Positions 57,943 through 64,000 of a stretch of 64,000 nucleotides of DNA are shown here, piece after piece (within the stretch, counting starts at the first letter, position 1; each line of letters starts with the position of its first letter). Both the position numbers and the translations under genes were made by a program. A model generated the notes under the pieces. That model searched no databases. It was not told the DNA's origin and was given only the letters and a program-made list of their open reading frames with translations. Location: the NCBI GenBank assembly GCA_049675725.1, contig JBAUAN010000218.1, forward strand, positions 1,806 to 65,805, in the 5' to 3' direction. The stretch comes from Candidatus Sulfotelmatobacter sp. GTDB taxonomy: Bacteria; Acidobacteriota; Terriglobia; Terriglobales; Acidobacteriaceae.

Positions 57943-58182
57943 GATAGTGGATAGATTGTTGATTTTTGATTGCTGGAGGCTGGAAGTCATCTCATAAATG
58001 GTTTTGGGAAGGGCACGGCTAAGTGGTTTTGGGAAGGGTACGGCTTCCAGCCGTGCCACCCAGCGGCTAGCAACCGGGGCTTTAGCCTCTGAGGTTTCGC
58101 TCGTGTCCGGCCATCGAGAATTTATGAGATAGCTTCTAGCCATCAACCAACCGCGCTTTTCAATCAGCAATCAACAATAGCC
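57943..58182. repeat. Roughly 240-bp imperfect palindromic element filling the intergenic region
   Basis: Left arm 57943-57999 (...ggctggaagtcatctcataaat). The reverse complement of the right arm 58120-58182 is ...ggctagaagctatctcataaat, matching 20/23 at the inner ends, and both arms contain attgttgatt/gattgctg heptad-like words. The centre holds a 21-bp direct repeat ggttttgggaagggYacggct (58000-58020 and 58025-58045) and the hairpin acggct-tcc-agccgt. Confidence 0.8.
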
Positions 58183-58197
58183 GTTAAGAAGGATTCA

Positions 58198-61098
58198 ATG
58201 AAGATCAGGAAAATCATATCTGTCGCAATCATGTTTGTTGCTGTCATGCTGGCTTCGGCAGTGCTGTCGTCGAGTCCGGTTTTCGCACAAGCTGCATCGG
58301 GAAGTCTCCACGGGCAGGTCACAGACCCGTCCGGCGCCGTCGTCATTAAGGCGGATGTCGCCTTGACTCCCGCATCGGGCACGCCGCTCTCCACCCAAAC
58401 CGACGCTCATGGAATGTACGAGTTCAAGGGCCTGGCTCCGGGCGAGTACACGCTCGATGTCGTGGCTACGGGATTCACGCTCTATGAAAACACCAAGGTC
58501 GAAATCGCGAGCCAGGCCCTGCTGTTGAACGTTTCACTCGCCATCGAGGTGCAGACGCAAAAGGTTCAGGTTTCCGACACCGCGCCCACCGTCGACGTCA
58601 ATCCCGCGAGCAACGCCGGCGCCATCACCATCTCCAGCAAGGAACTCGATGCTCTGCCCGACGATCCCGACGAATTGCTGACCGACTTGCAAGCCCTTGC
58701 CGGACCCTCTGCGGGACCGAACGGCGGCCAGATGTATATTGACGGATTCACCGCGGGCCAGCTTCCGCCCAAGTCCTCGATTCGCGAGATTCGCATCAAT
58801 CAGAATCCGTTCTCGTCCGAGTATGACAAGCTGGGTTACGGCCGCATCGAAATCTTCACCAAGCCCGGCACTGACAACTGGCATGGCCAGTTCCAGGTCA
58901 ACGGCAACGATTCGGCATTCAACTCGTCGGACCCGTTTGCCGGTGCGGAGCCAGGCTATGACACTGTGCAATACAGCGGCAACGCCGGTGGCGCGATCAA
59001 CAAAAGCGGATCGTTTTTTGTCAGCGTCGAGCGGAGAAATATCAACGACCTTTCCGCCATCGACGCGGAGACGCTCGATCCGGACCTCACTCCGTTTCAG
59101 GAGTTGGAGTCGGTCTCCACTCCGCGGCAGCGCACCAACATCACGCCACGTTTTGACTATGCCCTGGGCAAGAACAACACCCTCACCACGCGCTACCAGT
59201 ACTACCGCGACACGGAGACGGACAACGGTATCGGACAAAATACATTACCTTCCCAGGCCTACAACTCGAGTTCGACGGAACAAACACTCCAGATCGGCGA
59301 CACTCAGATCTACGGCGCAAAGGTAGTCAACGAAACCCGCTTTCAGTACTTGCGAGACGACAGCAGCGAGATCTCGCTCGACAAAAATCCGCAAACATCG
59401 GTCTTGGGCGCATTTACCGGCGGCGGCAACGGCACCATCAGCAACGATTACCAGAATCACTACGAACTGCAGAACTACACCTCAGTGATACACGGCAATC
59501 ACACGGTGAAATTCGGCGCCCGTGTGCGCGCGTTGCACGACGCCAACACTTCCAACGCGGGTTTCAACGGTTCATTCACATTCTCGTCGCTATCGGAATT
59601 TCAGGCCGCGCAATGCGCCACGCTGGCTTCGCCCCCGCCGGCATGCCAAGGTCTGCCGAGCGCTACGCCCCTGCAACTTTCCATTACTCAGGGCTCTCCC
59701 AATGCCAGCGTCACCACCCACGACGCTGGACTTTACTATCAGGACGATTGGCGGGTGCGGCCCAATATCACCCTCAGCTATGGCATGCGGTTTGAGACGC
59801 AGAACGACATTCACGACCACGCGGATCTGGCGCCGCGCCTGGGTTTTGCCTGGGGCGTCCACGGCAGAAGCGGTCCTCCAATCGTAGTGATTCGCGGCGG
59901 AGCTGGTGTGTTTTACGATCGCTTCCAGGAAGGGCAAATCCTGCAGGCGGAGCGGCTGAACGGCATCACGCAACAGCAGTTCGTCATCAATAATCCCACG
60001 TGCTTCCCGGGCTTGGACCTGCCGCTCACCACCCCGATCAGCGGCTGCGGCACCGTCAGTTCCAGTGCTTCCGCCATCTACAAGATCAGCCCGTCGCTCA
60101 TGGCGCCGTACACTGTGCAGGCCGCAATCAGCGTGGAGCGGCAAGTCACCAAGTCCGCCACTTTGTCGCTCACCTATCTGGGTTCACGCGGCTTCGATCA
60201 GCTCCTCACCATCAATGCAAACGCCCCCTCCCCGGGCACACCCTGCGCTCCCAACTGTGTGGAACCCAGCCAGAACCTCTACCAATACGTCTCCGAAGGC
60301 GTCTTCCGGCAAAACCAGTTCATCGCAAACTCGAATATTCGCGTGGGCACCAAGCTGCAGCTCTTTACTTACTACACCCTGAACTACGCCAATAGCGATA
60401 CGTCCGGAGTCTCCAGCTTCGCCTCGAACTCTTACAACATCAGCCAGGACTACGGCCGGGCATCCTTCGATACGCGGCAGCGTCTCTTCTTGGGCGGGTC
60501 GATCGCAATGAAGTATGGTTTCCGTCTAAGCCCATTCTTTGTAGCAAGTTCCGGGAGTCCCTTCAACATCACCACCAGCACCGATCTGAACGGCGACTCG
60601 ATTTTCAACGACCGGCCGGGGCTCCTCTCCACGTCCACCTGTTCCACGGTTGTGCCTCCGGGCGCAGGATCCACCGTTTATTGCACACCCCTGGGGACCT
60701 TCGATGCTATGCCCACCGCAGGTGAGAAGCTTGTTCCCATCAACTACGCCACCGGTCCATCGCACGTGAGCCTTAACTTCAGGCTAGCCAAGACTTTCGG
60801 GTTTGGTCCGAAGCTAAAAGGTACAGGCAACGTGGGCGGAGATGGTGGGCACGGTCACCGCGGCGGTCCCCTCTTCGGTGGCGGCGGCGGTTTCTCGATG
60901 GGGCCTGGTTCCGATCGGCGGTATAACCTGACGCTGGGGGGATCGGTGCGCAACGTGTTCAATAAAGTGAACTTAGGCAATCCCGGCGGCGTACTTGGAT
61001 CGCCCTATTTTGATCAATACAACAGCCTCCAGGGCGGCCCGTTCTCCCAGGGAGTGGCGAGCCGGCGCATCGATTTGCAGGCAACATTCAGTTTCTGA
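58198..61098 (+). CDS. TonB-dependent-receptor-like outer-membrane protein with CarboxypepD_reg domain
   Basis: 966 aa with a signal peptide (IMFVAVMLASAVLSSSPVFAQ). CarboxypepD_reg-like segment GQVTDPSGAVVIKADVALTP..HGMYEFKGLAPGEYTLDVVATGF. Plug-like segment (ISSKELDALPDDPDELLTDLQALAG...IREIRINQNPFSSEY). Barrel ending in ...LQATFSF. Confidence 0.85.
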   Translation: MKIRKIISVAIMFVAVMLASAVLSSSPVFAQAASGSLHGQVTDPSGAVVIKADVALTPASGTPLSTQTDAHGMYEFKGLAPGEYTLDVVATGFTLYENTKVEIASQALLLNVSLAIEVQTQKVQVSDTAPTVDVNPASNAGAITISSKELDALPDDPDELLTDLQALAGPSAGPNGGQMYIDGFTAGQLPPKSSIREIRINQNPFSSEYDKLGYGRIEIFTKPGTDNWHGQFQVNGNDSAFNSSDPFAGAEPGYDTVQYSGNAGGAINKSGSFFVSVERRNINDLSAIDAETLDPDLTPFQELESVSTPRQRTNITPRFDYALGKNNTLTTRYQYYRDTETDNGIGQNTLPSQAYNSSSTEQTLQIGDTQIYGAKVVNETRFQYLRDDSSEISLDKNPQTSVLGAFTGGGNGTISNDYQNHYELQNYTSVIHGNHTVKFGARVRALHDANTSNAGFNGSFTFSSLSEFQAAQCATLASPPPACQGLPSATPLQLSITQGSPNASVTTHDAGLYYQDDWRVRPNITLSYGMRFETQNDIHDHADLAPRLGFAWGVHGRSGPPIVVIRGGAGVFYDRFQEGQILQAERLNGITQQQFVINNPTCFPGLDLPLTTPISGCGTVSSSASAIYKISPSLMAPYTVQAAISVERQVTKSATLSLTYLGSRGFDQLLTINANAPSPGTPCAPNCVEPSQNLYQYVSEGVFRQNQFIANSNIRVGTKLQLFTYYTLNYANSDTSGVSSFASNSYNISQDYGRASFDTRQRLFLGGSIAMKYGFRLSPFFVASSGSPFNITTSTDLNGDSIFNDRPGLLSTSTCSTVVPPGAGSTVYCTPLGTFDAMPTAGEKLVPINYATGPSHVSLNFRLAKTFGFGPKLKGTGNVGGDGGHGHRGGPLFGGGGGFSMGPGSDRRYNLTLGGSVRNVFNKVNLGNPGGVLGSPYFDQYNSLQGGPFSQGVASRRIDLQATFSF

Positions 61099-61124
61099 GG
61101 CTCGCCGGCAGTGCGGACTTTCGG

Positions 61125-61150
61125 CATGCATGTATGACATGCATGTTTGG
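61125..61150 (+). terminator. Possible intrinsic terminator after the receptor gene
   Basis: Perfect 9-bp stem catgcatgt-atg-acatgcatg (61125-61145) followed by TTTGG. The stem is AT-rich and the T-tract is short, so the call is weak. Confidence 0.3.
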
Positions 61151-61383
61151 TCCTATGCCACTCAAAACAGGACGATTGACGCATGCGTCGGTCCCCAAGG
61201 ATGCGCGTTTCAGCACGATTGCAGCGAAATTATGCAATCACTTTCACACAAACGCGCTTTTTCGTCTGCTCATTTACTCCTAACCCACAGCAAATAATGT
61301 AGTTAATCAATTCTTGCGCTTGGCCCTCGGTTTGCGCCTACATCCCCACCGGAGCTTGCCGGTTTGAGCCAGGATTTCGAACC

Positions 61384-61461
61384 AGCATTTTGAAGATCGG
61401 CATTTTTTTGGGATCAGCGTTTTGAAGATCGGCGTCTTGAAGATCAGCATTTTGAAGCAGG
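61384..61461. repeat. Tandem 15-17-bp repeats (AGCRTTTTGAAGATCGG-like, 4-5 copies) upstream of the TonB_C gene
   Basis: agcattttgaagatcgg / catttttttgggatc / agcgttttgaagatcgg / cgtcttgaagatc / agcattttgaagcagg, read directly. The TTG-initiated extension of ORF 61422 covers this tract and is probably not coding. Confidence 0.75.
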
Positions 61462-61472
61462 ATTGCAAACCG

Positions 61473-61928
61473 ATGCGTTGCCTCTGGCCTGTTCTGATTC
61501 TCGCGGTATCTGCGCTGGCTTTTGCGAAGGCCGACGACCCTGTGCCGACCGTTCGTCCCGCCACGCTGCCGCAGGGTGAGTTGGTGGCCTGGAGGCCGCT
61601 GAACCATGCTCCGCAGTTCATGGCTTCCCAGTTCAGCGATGTGCCACACGTCAGCTCGTCTCCTTCGAGCTGCGGCGATGTTCAACTACCCCAGGCTCTT
61701 ACCACACCTGCGCCGCTGATGAGCCGGACTGTAACCAACTCGAAGGTGAAGGTCAGCTTTATCATCGGTACCGACGGCCACGTGCACAGCCCGCTCATCC
61801 TCGAGAGCGCCGGAGCCACTGGCGACCGCAACGTTCTGCGCACGGTTCGCACCTGGAAATATCGTCCGGCCACCTGCAACGGAGTTCCCACCGAAGCGGA
61901 AGGAAAGATTGAGTTTTCCAGTCGTTAG
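61473..61928 (+). CDS. Small secreted TonB C-terminal-domain protein
   Basis: Signal peptide MRCLWPVLILAVSALAFAKA from the ATG at 61473. The C-terminal TonB_C-like fold is VKVSFIIGTDGHVHSPLILESAG..RNVLRTVRTWKYRPATCNGVPTE. There is no long Pro-rich spacer. Confidence 0.78.
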   Translation: MRCLWPVLILAVSALAFAKADDPVPTVRPATLPQGELVAWRPLNHAPQFMASQFSDVPHVSSSPSSCGDVQLPQALTTPAPLMSRTVTNSKVKVSFIIGTDGHVHSPLILESAGATGDRNVLRTVRTWKYRPATCNGVPTEAEGKIEFSSR

Positions 61929-61989
61929 TTTTCCAGGCGATGATTTTCTAGCGTCGATTTTCGATAGCGGGTCAGGTTAGCGGCCTTTA

Positions 61990-62088
61990 CCACTAAGGAC
62001 ACGCTTCGGCTTCGCTCAGGGCGGGCTTCGTCACACGAAGAAAAACCCATCGAGCAAGGCGCTTCGTTATACGTCGTGTCCTTTGTGG
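61990..62088. repeat. REP/MITE-like hairpin element carrying the TTCGCTCAGGGCGGGCT box
   Basis: Terminal inverted repeats ccactaaggacacg (61990-62003) and cgtgtcctttgtgg (62075-62088) match 13/14. The internal box ttcgctcagggcgggct matches ttcgctcaggacaggct of the phoU-flanking repeats 15/17. Confidence 0.75.
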
Positions 62089-62182
62089 TGCATGTCTCTG
62101 CGTCTTGCGTCGTCAAGGCGCCCCGCCAACCGATTTTCGAGTCGCTCGAACTGGGGCTGGGCTAGAATGAGCCTACCCAGGG

Positions 62183-63304
62183 GTGGTTCACATCTTGGAA
62201 AAGGATAAGAAAATAAAACCAGCAGGGTCTGCTCGCGGTGCAGACGAGCCGCTTCGTACTCCGGAGCTGGGCGTTGCCGGCGGCGACTCTTCGGACGGCG
62301 AGCTGGCAGCGAATTCTGATGTAGATGAATTCTACAAGCAGCTGCAGCCTGAGATGCGGCGTCCGCGGCCGGGGCCGGACGCGATGGCGGCGGCTCTGGA
62401 AGCGGTGCAACGGCTGGCTGCGGAGGCCGATGCGGAAGATGCGGCGCAGGGGCTTAGTACAGCTGCGCCGCCGGGGTCTTCATCGCTGGGAGCGTGCCGC
62501 GTATGCGGATACCACAACCGCGAAGGGAACAAATTCTGCGCGATGTGCGGCCTGCCGGCGGATGGTTTCGATGGAGGACTGGACGAGCAACTCCCGCACG
62601 AATTTACGCAGGGCGGGAATATGACGGCTTCGCCGGCGGCTGCTTTTTCTCAAAGTCCTTCTTCAGCGCTGCCTCATCGGGAACGGGAACCCCAGTTGAG
62701 ACCTGGGACTGGTTCTCCTGAGACTCATCATTACCATCACCATTACCATCATCACTATTTTCCTGCGGGGCAGGAGGGCGGCGCTGCGCGGCCGGCGGCA
62801 CAGGAATTTCGTGAACCGGAGAAGCGGCAGATGTCCGTGCTGCGCGGCGAATCGATGAGCCGCGCCGAGGCCGCGGTGCGGCGTGTCACGCAGGAGTGGG
62901 TGCTGGCCTGCAATACCAAGCATCTGGATGACCTGCTCGATCTTTATGTTGCCGATGCCATGGTGATGCGCTCGAACTATCCTGCGGTGCGCGGGGCCGC
63001 TGCTGTGCGCGAATTCTTTTTTGGCGCGCTCGATGCGGGATTGGGAGAAGTGGAAGTGGAGCCGATCCGCGTGGAGGTGACTGGAGACATGGCTTATGAA
63101 GCGGGACGCTGCAAGGCTCTGGTGCCGGGCGCGGCCGGGAAACGGCGCGAGGAGCGGGGGAAATATTTGTGGGTATTGGCGCGGCAGAGTAATGGCGAGT
63201 GGAAGATTGCTTCTGATTGCTGGTCGAGCGATTTGACGTTTGCGGCGGCGGAGTCGAATGTGCCTCCGAGTGCGGGGGTGAAGTCGAGCGTGCCGCGGAA
63301 GTGA
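62183..63304 (+). CDS. Zinc-ribbon / His-Tyr-rich / DUF4440 (SnoaL-like) fusion protein
   Basis: Zinc-ribbon CRVCGYHNREGNKFCAMCG, the tract THHYHHHYHHHYF, and a C-terminal NTF2/DUF4440-like domain (WVLACNTKHLDDLLDLYVADAMVM...GKYLWVLARQSNGEWKIASDCW). GTG start at 62183 is uncertain. Confidence 0.7.
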   Translation: MVHILEKDKKIKPAGSARGADEPLRTPELGVAGGDSSDGELAANSDVDEFYKQLQPEMRRPRPGPDAMAAALEAVQRLAAEADAEDAAQGLSTAAPPGSSSLGACRVCGYHNREGNKFCAMCGLPADGFDGGLDEQLPHEFTQGGNMTASPAAAFSQSPSSALPHREREPQLRPGTGSPETHHYHHHYHHHYFPAGQEGGAARPAAQEFREPEKRQMSVLRGESMSRAEAAVRRVTQEWVLACNTKHLDDLLDLYVADAMVMRSNYPAVRGAAAVREFFFGALDAGLGEVEVEPIRVEVTGDMAYEAGRCKALVPGAAGKRREERGKYLWVLARQSNGEWKIASDCWSSDLTFAAAESNVPPSAGVKSSVPRK

Positions 63305-63312
63305 AGAACAGT

Positions 63313-63333
63313 GGTCAGGGGTCAGGGGTCAGT
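63313..63333. repeat. Heptanucleotide tandem tract (ggtcagg ggtcagg ggtcagt) just after a stop codon
   Basis: Three 7-bp units start 9 bp after the TGA at 63304. gtcaggg can pair with ccctgac at 63337-63343, followed by a weak T-run, so it may act as a terminator hairpin. Confidence 0.75.
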
Positions 63334-63382
63334 AAACCCTGACTCCTGATGTTTTGCGCGGGATTCGATATGGCTCCCAAAA

Positions 63383-63417
63383 GCCCCACTTCTCGTAAAA
63401 GAGGCGAGAAATGGGGC
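63383..63417. repeat. REP-like hairpin gccccacttctcg-(9 nt)-cgagaaatggggc
   Basis: A 13-bp stem with one mismatch. The 3' arm is the exact reverse complement of GCCCCATTTCTCG at 18222-18234. Confidence 0.75.
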
Positions 63418-63461
63418 ACTCTTCGGTGATGGTTCCTTCCTGCGACAATCTTTGCCGGGCG

Positions 63462-64000
63462 CTACGGGATTACGCCCATGGCTGCCAGGCTTTTCTGCAA
63501 GTGATCGAGCGTTTGCATTTCGATGGTTTGCATGCCTAGCTTGGTGGCGCATTCCAGGTTCAGGGCACGATCGTCGATGAAGCAGCATTCTAGAGCGGGC
63601 ATCTGGGTGATTTCGAGGGCCATGCGGTAGATGTCGACTTCGGGTTTGCGCAGGCCGACGAAGCAGGAGCTGACGAACACGCGGAAGATATTGCGCAGGC
63701 CATTTTTTTCGATGCGGTAGAGGTTGAGCTCGCGCGACTCGTTGTTGATGGTGCCCATGAAGTAGTTGCCCGATTGCGCCAGATTGCGGGCCAGGCTGAG
63801 AACCTCCGGAAAAGGCTGCGACAGGGAAAACATGTAGGCTTTGAAGGCATCCCTCGGGAATTCACGGGTGCGGTAGAAGACCGTGCGGTCGAGATATTCG
63901 TCGAGCGTGATTTTTCCGCGCTCGAAGGAGGAGACGACCATTTCGTGGCGGTCGTGGAATTCGGCTTCGTCCAGATGAAAATGGTCGAGGGTGGCCATGC
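63462..64000 (-). CDS. HAD-superfamily (subfamily IA-like) hydrolase, C-terminal part (gene probably continues past the right edge)
   Basis: HAD motif III region (FVSSCFVGLRKPEVDIYRMALE...CCFIDDRALNLECATKLGM). The motif I DxD that normally sits near the N-terminus is not present after the ATG at 63998, so the true start is probably outside the window. Confidence 0.7.
   Translation of the reverse strand, partial: MATLDHFHLDEAEFHDRHEMVVSSFERGKITLDEYLDRTVFYRTREFPRDAFKAYMFSLSQPFPEVLSLARNLAQSGNYFMGTINNESRELNLYRIEKNGLRNIFRVFVSSCFVGLRKPEVDIYRMALEITQMPALECCFIDDRALNLECATKLGMQTIEMQTLDHLQKSLAAMGVIP

Noticed and set aside
1-64000. Search for CRISPR arrays, prophage, integrase or transposase genes, toxin-antitoxin pairs or known defence-system genes
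   Set aside because: None seen. The tandem and heptad repeats have no spacer-sized unique inserts, so they are not CRISPR. No ORF shows recombinase, nuclease-NTPase or phage-structural motifs. The MITE-like elements have no associated transposase in the window.

Overview
GC-rich chromosomal segment, dense with ordinary housekeeping and carbohydrate-utilisation genes. It most likely comes from an Acidobacteriota (Terriglobia-like) soil bacterium. That inference rests on the giant CarboxypepD_reg-type TonB-dependent receptors, DUF2911/DUF4139/DUF3106 proteins, a CRTAC1/ASPIC protein and many secreted hypotheticals. All family calls come from motifs I recognise in the supplied translations; no search was run.

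Confident genes: ppc, trxB, gltB/gltD, threonine dehydratase, xylA, xylB, a two-subunit molybdo-iron-sulfur oxidoreductase, proline dehydrogenase, a PhoU plus OmpR-type regulator pair, an ECF sigma/anti-sigma/DUF3106 module, and tRNA-Val(CAC).

Positions 24.4-44.1 kb form a xylan/xylose utilisation island: LacI regulator, xylB, GH115-like, GH3-PA14, TonB-dependent receptor, TPR protein, xylA and a ROK kinase. Four copies of a GTAAACGTTTAC-type palindrome sit in it at promoter-like positions.

I found no transposase, integrase, CRISPR array, toxin-antitoxin pair or recognisable defence system, and I cannot point to a clearly novel protein system. The most unusual material is non-coding:
- several families of REP/MITE-like inverted-repeat elements;
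- short tracts with a 7-bp period sitting exactly at gene boundaries, one pair bracketing dinB as a perfect 14-bp inverted repeat;
- a 240-bp palindromic element filling one intergenic region;
- an aberrant tRNA-like gene;
- a xylulokinase whose conserved N-terminus lies upstream of any canonical start codon, implying an ATC start.

An uncharacterised envelope cluster at 55.7-61.9 kb is the best protein-level candidate for follow-up. The long ORFs antisense to the confident genes are treated as GC-rich artefacts.
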